From: Malacoraja senta
Lineage: Eukaryota
Reading direction: 5' to 3'
NCBI GenBank assembly: GCA_038087875.1
Contig: CM075991.1
Span: forward strand, 62,001-126,000
Length of the DNA stretch: 64,000 bases
Made by a program: the position numbers and the translations under genes. A model generated the notes under the pieces. It worked only from the letters and a program-made list of their open reading frames with translations, was not told where the DNA came from and ran no database searches. Numbering within the stretch: the first letter of the stretch is position 1; each line of letters begins with the position of its first letter. Shown piece by piece: positions 10,335 through 23,889 of this stretch.

Positions 10335-12727
10335 GGCTTGTTGTGGGAATTACAGAGACATGGCTGCAAGAGGGCCAGGGATGGGAACAGAATATTCAAG
10401 GGTATACCTCCTATCGAATACACAGACAGGTGGGCAGAGGGGGTGGGGTAGCTCTGTTGGTGAGGAAAGAAATTCAGTCCCTTGCAAGGGGTGACATTGA
10501 AACAGGAGATCTGGAGTCAGTATGGATAGAACTAAGGAATGTCAAGGTTCAAAAGACCCAAATCAGACATATCTACAGGCCTTCAAACAGCGGCCTGAAT
10601 TTAGGGTGCAAGTTGATTCAGGAGTTAAATTTGGCATGTAGTAAAGGTAATGCTACGGTTGTTATGGGAGATTTCAACATGCAGGTAGACTGAGAAAATC
10701 AGGTTCATACTGGACCACAAGAAAGGGAGTTTGTGGAGTGCCTCTGTGATGGATTCTTAGAGCAGCTTGTATTGGAGCCTACCAGGGAGAAGGCAATTCT
10801 GGACTTAGTGTTTTGTAACGAACCGGATTTGATAAAGGGACGAGGTTAAGGAGCCATTAGGAGGTTGTGACCATAATATAGAAACATAGAAACATAGAAA
10901 ATAGGTGCAGGAGTAGGCCATTTGGCCCTTCGAGCCTGCACCGCCATTCAATATAATCATGGCTGATCATCCAACTCAGATGGTCAAGTTTAATCTACAA
11001 TTGGAGAGGGAGAAGGGTAAATTGGTGGTGTCAGTGTTACAGTTGAATAAAGGTGACTTTGGAACCATGAGGGAGGAGCTGGCCGAAGTTAACTGGAAAG
11101 ATACCCTAGCAGGGATGACAGTGGAACAACAATGGCAGGTATTTCTGGGAATAATACAGAAGGTGCAGGATCCGTTCATTCCAAAGAGGAAGAAAGATTC
11201 CAAGGGGAGTAAGGGGCGACCATGGCTGACAAGGGACATCAGGGACAGTTAAAAAATAAAAGAGAAGAAGTACAACGTAGCAAAGATGAGCAGGAAGCAA
11301 GAGGATTGGGTAATATTTAGGGAGCAACAGAAGATAAATAAAAAGGCAATACAGGGACAAAAGATGAGGTACGAAGGTAAGCTAGCCAAGAATATAAAGG
11401 AGAATAGTAAAAGCTTCTTTAAGTATGTGAAGAGGAAAACATTAGTTAAGACCAAATTTGGATCCTTGAAGACTGAAAAAGGTGAATTTATTATGGGGAA
11501 CAAGGAAATGGCAGATGAGTTGTACAGGTACAGTACTTTGCATCCGTCGTAACTAAGGAGGACACAAACAATCTCCGTAATGAACTAGTGGCCTGATGAT
11601 CTGGGGTGACGGAGGAACTGAAGGAAATCCACATTAGGCAGGAAATGGTGTTGGGTGGACTGATAGGACTGAAGACTGATAAATCCCCAGGGCCTGATGG
11701 TCTGCATCCCAGGGTACTTAAGGAAGTGGCTCTAGAATAGTGGATGCATTGGTGATCATTTTCCAATGTTCAATAGATTCAGGATCAGTTCCTGTGGATT
11801 GGGGGGTAGCGAATGTTATCCCACTTTTTAAGTAAGGCGGAAGAGTGAAAACAGGGAATTATAGACCAGTTAGCCTGACATCGGTGGTGGGAAAGATGCT
11901 GGAGTCAATTATGAAAGATGAAATAGCGGCACATTTGGATAGCAGTAACAGGATCGGTCCAAATCAGCATGGATGTAGGAAGGGGAAATCATGTTTGTCT
12001 AATCTTCTGGAATTTTTTGAGGATGTAACAAGGAAAATGGACAAGGGAGAGCCAGTGGATGTAGTGTACCTGGAATTTCATAAAGCATTTGATAAGGTCC
12101 CACAAAGGAGATAATTGGGCGAAATGAGGGCACATGGTATTGGGGGTAGAGTGTTGACATGGATGGAGAAGTGGTTGGCAGACAGGAAACAAAGAGTAGG
12201 GATTAACGGGTCCCTTTCAGATTGGCACGCAGTCACTAGAGGGGTACCGCAAGGCTCGGTGCTGGGACCACAACTATTTACAATATACATCAATGATTTG
12301 GATGAAGGGATTCAAAGTAACATTAGCAAATTTCCAGATGACACAAAGCTAGGTGGCAGTGTGAACTGTGAGGATGATGCTATGAAAATGCAGGGTGACT
12401 TGAACATGTTGTGGGAGTGAGAAGATGCATGGCAGATGAAACATAGAAACATAGAAAATAGGTGCAGGAGTAGGCCATTCGGCCCTTCGAGCCTGCACCG
12501 CCATTTGTTATGATCATGGCTGATCATCCAACTCAGTATCCCATCCCTGCCTTCTCTCCATACCCCCTGATCCCTTTAGCCACAAGGGCCACATCTAACT
12601 CCCTCTTAAATATAGCCAATGAACTGGCCTCAACTACCTTCTGTGGCAGAGAATTCCACAGATTCACGACACTCTCTGTGTAAAAAATTATTTCCTCATC
12701 TCGGTCCGAAATTTAATGTGGATAAAT
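10335..12727 (+). mobile_element. CR1 LINE ORF2 (APE-RT), degenerate, with nested antisense CR1 3' ends at about 10878-10979 and 12437-12707
   Basis: [37 protein letters not shown]; nested pieces carry (ATAGAAAC)n tails. Confidence 0.9.
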
Positions 12728-15470
12728 AGTTAGATTAAACGAGAACTTACCAGTTTGAAGTTTGATCTTTATTTTATGAGGAGTTACGTCGAGGGATTAC
12801 GTGAAGACCCCGCCAGCAGGCATGCGCATTATTCATCAAAGCAGCGGTGTGAAATCACAGACAACAGTAGATGAAATAAACATAGTAAGATGAGAGAAAA
12901 CTAGGATACCAGTTGACCTTTATGATAGAGGGTGGGCGTGGAGGGCACGTAATCCCTCGACGTAACTCCTCATAAAATAAAGATCAAACTTCAAACAAGT
13001 AAGTTCTCGATTAATCTTACTATTTTACTTCGGAGTCACGTGAGTGACTGTGAAGATTTTAAAGATCTGTGATTTCATGCCGTGGAACGAGTCCATGCTT
13101 CACTCACTGCCGTAGTTGACCAAGGGAGGAAGTATGTTATCGTATTCAAACATGAATCAGAAATTCAAACAATAATGAATTTATTTTAACAAAGAAAAAT
13201 AATAATCCCTTCAATCCGGGTAAAATCATAATACAGAATTTAAAATTGATTCTGCAAATACCGCAGGTTTAGCAATCGGCTTATTATAAAATTGCTTGAA
13301 AGTCTTCTCCCTAGACCATCCTGCTGTACCCAGGATGTGGTCCATTGGCACTTCCATTTCCCTCGCTGCCGATGTTGCTGCAGCCCTGGTGAAATGAGAT
13401 TTGAAAGTATCAGTATCCACCCCTGCTGTTCCTAAAACCTGAGCCACCTAGATATGGTTTGCGCCGATACCCTATTATGAGGCTGTTTATGGCTGATAAA
13501 TAGTCCCATTTCATTGCCTCTAAGATTTTTAGTGGTCTCTATATAGTGTAATAGGTGTATCACAACACATAAGCGGGTATCCGTAGGATATGCACGGAAT
13601 TCTAGTTTGAGACCTGATGACCCTGGCCTGTTTTGTTTTACCAATTCCAAGATGTGAAAATGTAACGATCGTTGAAATAACCATTATGTCTAGTCTCAGT
13701 TTATGTAGGGACTGCACCCGTTGAGCCGAGACCAGTGCCATCAGCATGACTGTTTTTAATGTCAGTTTCTCCAAGGATAGGGACGTTGCTGGTGACCAAC
13801 CCCTGAGCAACGTAAGGATAACACTAACATCCCAAATCTGGGAGTACCTTCCTCTAGGAGGGTTCGTGTTGTAGATACCCTTCATAAGCTTGGAAACTAG
13901 CGGGTGAGATCCCACAGAGTGCTGTCCTACACCCTGCCATAAGTATGCTGATAGGGCACTCCTGGCACATGTAATAGCACTGTAGCTGAGACCCTCATCA
14001 AAATGAAGGCTGGCCAGAAATTCCAGGACATTGGTTACAGAAGCTGTATTGTACGAAATATTAGTCCTTGTACAGTATATTTCCCATTTCCTGACGTATG
14101 ACATGTATTGCTTCTTGGTGGTATCTTGGTATGCCGCCGTGATCATGGTCATAGTTCAGTCCGTCAGCCCCAGGTCCCGAAGTGGTCTCTTTAAATTCTG
14201 CAAATTAACAGATTGATCCTGTCATGGCATGGGTGACTTTCGCCTGTGACAGGATGGACCAACAAATCCGGACGTTTGGGAACAGACATACACGGTTCCG
14301 AGATCATGTCGAGAACCACAGGGAACCATGGCTGAGTAGGCCAATCGGGTACCACCAATATACCTGATGCAGAGTCTTGTTGTATTTTGTGTAGGACCCG
14401 ACTGATGAGGCAGAAGGGGGGAAAGGCATAGAAAAACAATTTTCCCCAGTCCAGCGAGAAGGCGTCCATCGCTGCTGCCCCAGGGTCTGGTTTCCAGGCG
14501 ACATATGTTGTTAACTTGTGATTCAGTCTAGATGCAAATAGATCGATATCTGGTGTTCCATTGCGTAACAATATCACCAAATACTTTGTGGTCCAACATC
14601 CACTCGGTGTTGTCATTAAATTTTCGTGACCTGGTGTCTGCCACTGTATTTAGTTTACCCGGTAGGTAAGTAGCTGATATCCAAATATTTCTATTGCTAA
14701 ATTGTATTAGCCAGATTGTCACATGATATCGATTTGATTCCACCCATATGATTAATGTATGCCACCACTGTGGTATTATCAATTTGTAGGCGGACATGCA
14801 AATGGTGCAACTTTGAGCAATATGCTTTTAGCCCATAGAATGCACTCTAAATAATTTATGCCCAGTGTTTGTCGTAAAGATGATTCATGTGCATCCCATC
14901 TGCCACCACAACTGGACCTAGTATTAGTAGCTCCCCAAACTTGAGCGCTGGCATCAGTTTGTAATATGACTGATGGGTTACTGATAATGATGGGTCTGGA
15001 GCTATGCGGAATGTTTTGTCTCCACCATTGTAGTTCTGAAATTGCTTTGGCTGGTAATTGCATTGGTCGGTCGAAATGACCAGCATGATGCTTGCACCTT
15101 TGCTCTTTGTAAATTTTGGTAATGCAAAGGTCCAAAATGTGTGGCTGGAAATGCATCTACAAGTTATCCAATTACTCTTGCTACCTGTCGGATAGAAGGT
15201 TGACTGATGACAATAATGTTGTTGCAGGCCTCCATTAAGGCTGCTGCCTTGTTCTTTGGCAAAGTTACAGACATATGGATAGAGTCAATAGTGAACCCCA
15301 GATAATCCATAGTAGTAGAAGGCGTCAACTTAGATTTATCTGGATGGATGATAAACCCCAGGTTTTAAAACAATAGTTTGGTAGCTGATACAGCTGATTT
15401 AGCTAAGTCCAGGGTTTTCCCCATAATTAATATATCATCAAGATACGCCATGACAATATGTTGGCATTTA
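12725..15470 (-). mobile_element. DIRS1-like element, copy 2 (5'-truncated within RT)
   Basis: AYLDD, QTDAS, FYAFPPF, YR SAQRVQSL...HFTR...GWS...FYNK in frameshifted pieces; right terminus at 12725. Confidence 0.92.
12946..13054 (-). repeat. DIRS internal complementary region (ICR), copy 2
   Basis: Inverted copy of terminus 12725-12803 fused through ATT (13022-13024) to TTACTTCGGAGTCACGTGAGTGAC, the left end seen at 48-71. Confidence 0.9.
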
Positions 15471-15587
15471 TGAGGCCCGGGAGCCGTTGGAGCTGTTGTG
15501 GTGGGAGGAGTAAAGTCCGGGCGGTGAGTAGAAAACCCAATCGTGGGGCTTCGTTCCACAGAGGCCCGGGAGCCGTTGGAGCTGTTG

Positions 15588-18030
15588 GTATTGGAGCCTA
15601 CCAAGGAGAAGGCAATTCTGGATTTAGTTTTATGTAATGAACAGGATTTGATAAAGGACCTCGAGGTAATGAGCCATTAGGAGGCAGTGACATAGAAACA
15701 TAGAAACATAGAAAATAGGTGCAGGAGTAGGCCATTCAGCCCTTCGAGCCTGCACCGTCATTCAATATGATCATGGCTGATCATCCAACTCAATATCCTG
15801 TACCTGCCTTCTCTCCATACCCCCTGATCCCTTTAGCCACAAGGGTCACATCTAACTCCCTCTTAAATATAGCCAATGAGTTGGCCTCAACTTCCTTCTA
15901 TGGCAGAGAATTCCAGCGATTCACCACTCTCTGTGTGAAAAATGTTTTTCTCATCTCGGTCCTAAAAGATTTCCTCCTTATCCTTAAACTGTGACCTCTT
16001 GTTCAGGACTTCCCTAATATCGGGAACAATCTTCCTGCGTCCAACCCCTTAAGAGTTTTGTACGTTTCTATAAGATCCCCCCTCAATCTTCTAAATTCTA
16101 GCGAGTACAAGCCTAGTCTATCCAGTCTTTCTTCATATGAAAGTCCTGACATCCCAGGAATCAGTCTGGTGAACCTTCTCTGTACTCCCTCTATGGCAAG
16201 AATGTCTTTCCTCAGATTTGGAGCCCAAAACTGTACGCAATACTCCAGGTGTGGTCTCACCAAGACCCTGTACAACTGCAGTAGAACCTCCCTGCTCCTA
16301 TACTCAAATCCTTTTGCTATGAATGCTAACATACCATTCGCTTTCTTCACTGCCAGCTGCACCTGCATGCCTACTTTCAATCACCCAGGTCTCGTTGCAT
16401 CTCACCTTTTCCTAATCGGCCACCATTCAGATAATAGTCTACTTTCCTGTTTTTGCCACCAAAGTGACCATAACATGGTCAAGTTTAATCTACAATTGGA
16501 GAGGTAGAAGGGTAGATCAGAGGTGTCAGTGTAGCAGTCGAATAAAGGGGACTATGGGGCCATGAGGGAGCAGCTGGCCAAAGTTGACTGGAAAGATACA
16601 CTGGCAGGGATGATAGTGGAACAAAAATGGCAGGTATTTCTAGGAATTATACAGAAGATGCAGGATCAGTTCATTGCGAGGAGGAAGAAAGATGTCAAGG
16701 GGAGAAAGGGACGGCCATGGCTGACAAGGGACGTCAGGGACAGTATACAAATTAAAAATATGGGTAAAGCGGTGGATGTTGTCTATATGGACTTTGACAA
16801 GGTTCCACATGGAAGGTTGGTTAAGAAGGTTCAATTGTTGGGTATTAATGGTGGAGTAGCAAGATGGATTCAACAGTGGCTGAATGGGAGATACCAGAGA
16901 GTAATGACGGATAACTGTTTCTCAGGTTGGAGGCCGGTGTCTAGTGGGGTGCCTCAGTGATCTGTGTTGGGTCCACAGTTGTTTGTCATATACATCTATG
17001 ATCTGGATGATGGTGTGGTAAATTGGATTATTAAGTATGCAGAGGAAACTAAGATAAGTGGTGTTGTGGATAATGAAGTAGATTTTCAAAGTCTACAGAG
17101 AGATTTAGGCCATTTGGAACAGTGGGCTGAAAGATGGCAGATGGAGTTTAATGCTGATTAGTGTGAGGTGCTACATCTTGGCAGGACAAATCAAAATAGG
17201 ACGTACATGGTAAATGGTAGCGAATTGAGGAATGCAGTTGAACAGAGGGATTGATGAATAACTGTGCATAGTTCCCTGAAGGTGGAATCCCATGTAGATA
17301 GGGTGGTAAAGAAAGCTTTTGGTGCGCTGGCCTTTATAAATCAGAGCATTGAATATAGAAGTTGGGATGTAATGTTAATATTGTACAAGTCATTGCTGAG
17401 GCCAATTCTGGAGTATGGTGTACAATTTTGGTCGCCAAATTATAGGAAAGTTGTCAACAAAATAGAGAGAGTACAGAGGAGATTTACTAGAATGTTGCCT
17501 GGGTTTCAGCAACTAAGTTACAGAGAAAAGTTGAACAAGTTAGGTCTTTATTCTTTGGAGCGCAGAAGGTTAAGAGGGGAATTGATAGAGTTGACATGGA
17601 TAAGCTTTTTCCATTGAGAGTAGGGAAGATTCAAACAAGGGGACATGACTTGAGAATTAAGGGACAGAAGTTTAGGGGTAACATTAGGGGGAACTTCTTT
17701 ACTCAGAGAGTGGTAGCTGTGTAGAATGAGCTTCCAGTGGAAGTGGTGGAGGCTGGTTCGATTTTATCCTTTAAAAATAGATTGGATGGGTATATGGACG
17801 GGAAAGGAATGGAGGGTTATGGTCTGAGTGCAGGTAGATGGGACTAGGGGGAAGAATTTTTTTTTTTTTTTAATAAAATAAAATTTAAAAAAATGTTCGG
17901 CACGGACTTGAAGGGCCGAGATGGCCTGTTTCCGTGCTGTAATGGTTATATGGTTATATGGTTATAAGTTACGTCTTTATTCTTTGGAGTGCAGAAGGTT
18001 AAGGGGGGACTTGATAGAGGTCTTTAAAGG
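15588..18030 (+). mobile_element. Nested CR1 fragments of two families, with an antisense CR1 3' end at about 15691-16462
   Basis: CR1 RT and C-terminal peptides ([28 protein letters not shown]); (ATAGAAAC)n and (TTATATGG)n tails. Confidence 0.88.
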
Positions 18031-18908
18031 TATGAGAGGGTTAGAGAGAGTTGACGTGGATAAGCTTTTTCCATTGAGAGTAGGGAAGATTCAAACAAGA
18101 GGACATTATTTGAGAATGAAGGGACAGATGTTTATGGGTAACATGAGGGGGAACTTCTTTACTCAGGGAGTGGTAGCTGTGTGGAATGAGCTTCCAGTGG
18201 AAGTGGTGGAGGCAGGTTCGATTTTATCATTTAAAAATAAATTGGATAGGTATATGGACGGGAAAGGAATGGAGGGTTATGGTCTGAGTGCAGGTAGATG
18301 GGACTAGGTGAGAGTAAGTATTCGGCATGGACTAGAATGGCCGAGATGGCCTGTTTCCGTGCTGTAATTGTTATAGGGTTATATTATATGGTTATATAAA
18401 GCGAAGAAGTACAACGTAGCAAAGATGAGCGGGAAACAAGAGGATTGGGTGATGTTTAAAGAACAACAGAAGATAACCAAAAAGACAATACGGGGAGAAA
18501 AGATGAGGTATGAAGGTAAGCTAACCAATAATATAAATCAAGACAGTAAAAGCTTCTTTAGGTATGTGAAGAGGAAAAAAATAGTTAAGACCAAAGTTGG
18601 ACCCTTGAAGACCGAAAAAGGCAAATTTATTATGGGGAACAAGGAAATGGCAGATGAGTTGAACATGTACTTTGGATCTGTCTTCACTAACTTATGCCTT
18701 ACCTTCACCAAAACACTATCTTGGAAACTTTCCAATCAGGTTTCAGGGTTCACAGAGTCTGCCTTGTTGAAGGTACATAATGACCTACTGCTCACCGTTG
18801 ACTCCGGTCACCGTGCAGCATTTTATACTGTCGACCACACCATCCTAATTGACCGTCTCCGGTACGGGGTTGGTATTGATGGCACTGCCCTGAGCTGGTT
18901 CATCTCCT
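18031..18908 (+). repeat. 878-bp direct repeat, copy 1 (CR1/CR1/L2 mosaic)
   Basis: Colinear with 21871-22748 at a constant offset of 3840; about 4 substitutions seen by eye. Confidence 0.95.
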
Positions 18909-21870
18909 TTTTTTTTTGTTTTTGAAAATATTTTTTATTGGAGATAAGTACACAACCTATTAACATCATTACAGTCTTACATTTTTAAAATGATAATATT
19001 ATCAATTATTATTACATTGTCTCCAATACTTTTTACCTTTTTTTTTATTTTAAACTAGATAGAACTAAAAAGATAGATGAAGTAAAGAAAGAAAAGAAAG
19101 AGAAGAAAAGAGAAAAAAAAAAAAAAAACACACAAAAAAAACAAAAAACACAACAAAAAAAAAGAGAAAAATAGTTAAAGAAGAGTGGAAAAATTTATTA
19201 AAATAAAAAACTTCATTCGAGATATATTCGTACCTTTCAGAATATAGCATTTCATCCATTTTTTAGCCCGAGCATTAGTCAGGTTCCCGTGCTGAACCAT
19301 TCTGACCCTTTCAATAATCAATAAAGGGAGACCATGTTCCAACGAATAATTCCTGTTTATCCAACAGGGAAAATCTGATTCTTTCCACGTTTAAGGTCTC
19401 CGTCATTTCTATAATCCACATTTTGATTGTGGGGGACGTAGGGCCTTTCCAAAATTTTAGAATTAATTTTTTTTCTGTTATTATACTATAATCAATAAAG
19501 TTTCTTTGTGTTGTTGTAAATGTTTGATTTAATTCTGATGTTCCAAGTATTATAAATTTTGGATCCGGGTCCACTTGTGTGCTGGTCACTTTAGATATTA
19601 TACTAAAAATATTTACCCAGAATTTTTTAATTTTTGTACAGTTTGCAAACATATGAGATAAGGTGGCTTCTAAATGTTGACATTTATCACATATAGGTGA
19701 GATATGTTGAAAGATTTTATGTAATTTTGTTTTTGAATAATGTAATCTATGTATTACTTTAAATTGTATTAAAGAATGTCTGGCATTTAATGAACATTGA
19801 TGTATCTTTCGTTATTATTTGATTTAATTCTTTTCCCCATGTTTGTCTGTGTAAGTCCGTCGATGGAATGTCACTGTCTAATAAGATATTATATATATAA
19901 GATATTAATTTTTCTGTGTTAGGATGTTTATTCCAACATTCGTCAAGAATTTCTGAATTTCTAATTCGAAAGTTTTGAGTATTCGATTTTACATAATCTC
20001 TGAGTTGAAGATATCTGAAATAATCATTTCCTCGAAGTCCATAAGTCTGTTGCAACTCCTGAAATGTCAGAAAGGTGCCTTCCTTATAAAGTTGTCCCAT
20101 ATTTTTAATTCCATAATTCCTCCATTGTGTAAAACCCCTGTCCAACCATGAGGGTTTAAACAAAGGGTTATCCACAATTGGGAGAAAAAGTGATAAATTA
20201 TCTAATTTTAATGTCTTTTTTATTTGTTTCCAAATTCGTATGGCACTAAATATTATAGGGTTTTCCCTATAAATTTTTTTGTTTAATTTAGATGTAGAAA
20301 ATAATATCGAACCGATATCAAAAGGCAAACAATCTTCCTTTTCCATTTTTAACCAATCTGGTTGTTGTTCTATTTCTTCCAACCAGAAATTCATATTTTT
20401 AATATTAACTGCCCAAAAATAAAACAGAAAGTTGGGTAAAACCAAACCTCCATTTATTTTTGATTTACACAAATGTCTTTTGTTTATCCTATGATTCTTG
20501 TAATCCCAGATAGAATCATTAACAATAGAGTCCAATTTAAAAAAAAAGTTTTTTGACAAATATATCGGAATTGTCTGAAAAAGGTATAATATTTGCGGTA
20601 AAAAAAATCATTTTTATGGCATTAATTTTGCCAATCATTGAGATAGGAAGTGTTTTCCAGTATTGAATATTCTTATGTAGTTTATTCAGTAGTGGGGGAA
20701 AATTTGCTTTAAATAATTATGTATATATCTTAGTTACATAGATACCTAGGTATCTAAATTTTTCGTTTACTATTTTAAATGGAAATTGTTGTATTATGTG
20801 TTTGTTATGTTCCCTTATTGGCATAATTTCACCTTTATTCCAATTTATTCTGTATCCTGAGAGTGAACCAAATTGGGTTATTAGCTCCAATAAGTTTGGA
20901 ATACTAATTTCTGGTTTTGTAATGTAAATTAGTACATCATCTGCGTATAGAGAAATTTTATTCACTGTGTCCTTTGTGATATACCCATATATTTCCGGAT
21001 GACCCCTAACTCTTTCTGCAAGTGGCTCAATAGCTAAAGCAAATAATAATGGAGATAACGGGCATCCTTGTCTACAACCTCTAGATAGGCTGAATTTTGA
21101 TGACAACCTTTGATTTGTTAATATTCTAGCCGTAGGATTTGTATATAACAGTTTTATCCATGTACAGAATTTCTCCCCTAGCTGCATATTTTCCATCACT
21201 GAAAATAAATAAGACCATTCAACCTGATCAAATGCTTTTTCAGCATCGAGTGAGATTATTGCTAGATCTTCATTAATAATTCTCTTAGAATAAATAATAT
21301 TGAATAATCTTCTTAGATTATAATATGAGTACCGTTTCTGAATAAAGCCTGTTTGGTCAGGGTGTATTATTTTATTCATCACTGTACTTAATCTATGCGC
21401 TAGTATTTTAGTTAATATTTTCTGATCTGTATTTAAAACTGCAATTGCTCTATATGATCCCGGATCTTCCGGATCTTTATCAGCTTTAGGAATAAGTGTT
21501 ATTATAGATTCATTTAAAGTATCTGGGAGTTTCTGTTGAGTATAGATATGCTCATACAGCCTTTGTAAACGTGGGCATAGCAAGTCATAATTTTTTTTAT
21601 AAAATTCAGAACCTAAACCACCTGGTCCTACTGCTTTACCATTTTTTAAAGAGCCAATAGACTCCTCAATATCCTTTATCGTAATCTCCCTTTCTAATAA
21701 TTCTCTATCATTTGAATCTAAACCTTTTAGATTACATTTTAGTAAAAAATCTGCTATTCCTTCCGTTTGTGTTACAGTTTTAGTTGAATAAAGGTTATGA
21801 TAGTATTGGAGAAATCTTTAATTTATGTCCTTGGGCATTTTTAATAATTCTCCTGTCTCTGTTCTAATTT
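18908..21870 (-). mobile_element. 5'-truncated L1-clade LINE (RT, CCHC, 3' UTR, polyA)
   Basis: SLDAEKAFD, RGCRQGCPLSPLLF, LYADD in ORF 20717-21583; T run at 18908-18917 is the polyA tail. Confidence 0.92.
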
Positions 21871-22748
21871 TATGAGAGGGTTAGAGAGAGTTGACGTGGA
21901 TAAGCTTTTTCCATTGAGAGTAGGGAAGATTCAAACAAGAGGACATTATTTGAGAATGAAGGGACAGATGTTTATGGGTAACATGAGGGGGAACTTCTTT
22001 ACTCAGGGAGTGGTAGCTGTGTGGACTGAGCTTCCAGTGGAAGTGGTGGAGGCAGGTTCGATTTTATCATTTAAAAATAAATTGGATAGGTATATGGACG
22101 GGAAAGGAATGGAGGGTTATGGTCTGAGTGCAGGTAGATGGGACTAGGTGAGAGTAAGTATTCGGCATAGACTAGAATGGCCGAGATGGCCTGTTTCCGT
22201 GCTGTAATTGTTATAGGGTTATATTATATGGTTATATAAAGCGAAGAAGTACAACGTAGCAAAGATGAGCGGGAAACAAGAGGATTGGGTGATGTTTAAA
22301 GAACAACAGAAGATAACCAAAAAGACAATACGGGGAGAAAAGATGAGGTATGAAGGTAAGCTAACCAATAATATAAATCAAGACATTAAAAGCTTCTTTA
22401 GGTATGTGAAGAGGAAAAAAATAGTTAAGACCAAAGTTGGACCCTTGAAGACCGAAAAAGGCAAATTTATTATGGGGAACAAGGAAATGGCTGATGAGTT
22501 GAACATGTACTTTGGATCTGTCTTCACTAACTTATGCCTTACCTTCACCAAAACACTATCTTGGAAACTTTCCAATCAGGTTTCAGGGTTCACAGAGTCT
22601 GCCTTGTTGAAGGTACATAATGACCTACTGCTCACCGTTGACTCCGGTCACCGTGCAGCATTTTATACTGTCGACCACACCATCCTAATTGACCGTCTCC
22701 GGTACGGGGTTGGTATTGATGGCACTGCCCTGAGCTGGTTCATCTCCT
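21871..22748 (+). repeat. 878-bp direct repeat, copy 2
   Basis: Matches 18031-18908 and continues uninterrupted into the L2. Confidence 0.95.
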
Positions 22749-23889
22749 ACCTCAAAGGTAGGAGTTTCTCGACTAACATAGGCAACTCTTTCTCCTCCCC
22801 AGCTAATCTCTGCTGTGTGGTTCCACAAGGTTCCATCCTTGGCCCCAATCTCTTCTCCCTGTATATGCTCCCCTTAGGTTTAGTTATTGAAAGGCACGGC
22901 ATTTCCTTCCATTGCTACGCAGACGATACACAACGCTATCTCCCCCTGAATCCCCCAAAACCAATCAAATCTGCGTAACCTTACCCACTGCCTCGAGGAT
23001 GTAAACTGTTGGATGGCCCAGAACTTCCTCCAACTAAACGAGAGTAAGTCTGAGGTCATCCTTCTCGCCCCCTCGGACTCAATCAAAATGACAGCAGGCA
23101 GCCTTGGAAGCCTTACCCCACTACTCAAACCTCAAGTCAAAACCCTTGGCATGATATTTGACTCAGCACTGAAATTTGACAAACAAGTCAATGCCGTGGT
23201 AAAAGCTAGCTTCTTTCAGCTTCGGACGACAGCTAAAATAAAACAATTCCTCCACTTTGATGACCTCGAAAAGATCACCCACACATTTATCTCCTCCCGC
23301 CTAGATTACTGCAACTCCCTTTACACTGGCATCAACCAATCTTCCCTGTCCCGCCTGCAACTGGTCCAAAACGTCGCAGCGAGACTCCGGACGGGCACCC
23401 GAAAAAAGGACCACATCACCCCGATCCTGGCCTCTCTCCACTGGCTCCCTGTGCGGTTCCGTATACATTTCAAGATCCTCCTCTATGTCTACAAAGCCCT
23501 CAATGGGCTTGTCCCCATCAACATTAAAAGTCTTTTTACCCACCACTCCACCACCAGGTCCCTCAGATCGGCCGACTTGGGGTTGCTGAATATCCCGCGG
23601 TCTAGGCATAAGCTCAGGGGCGACCGCGCCTTTGCGGTTGCAGCTCCTAGACTGTGGAACAGCATCCCCCTTCCCATCAGAACTGCCCCCTCCATCGACT
23701 TATTTAAGTCAAGACTAAAAACGTATCTATACTCCCAAGCCTTTCTTGACGTCCTCTGAGCGAGGGCTATATATATATATGTATGTAGTTTGTTTGTTTA
23801 TACTATTCTTAATACAAATGTAAAGCACTTTGGCCAACGAGAGTTGTTTTTTAAATGTGCTATATAAATAAATGTGACTTGACTTGACT
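22531..23889 (+). mobile_element. L2-clade LINE 3' part inserted in a CR1
   Basis: VPQGSILGP, YADDTQ, SRLDYCNSL, HITPILASLHWLPV; tail (TGACT)n; host CR1 resumes at ACTAAGGAGGAC. Confidence 0.9.
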
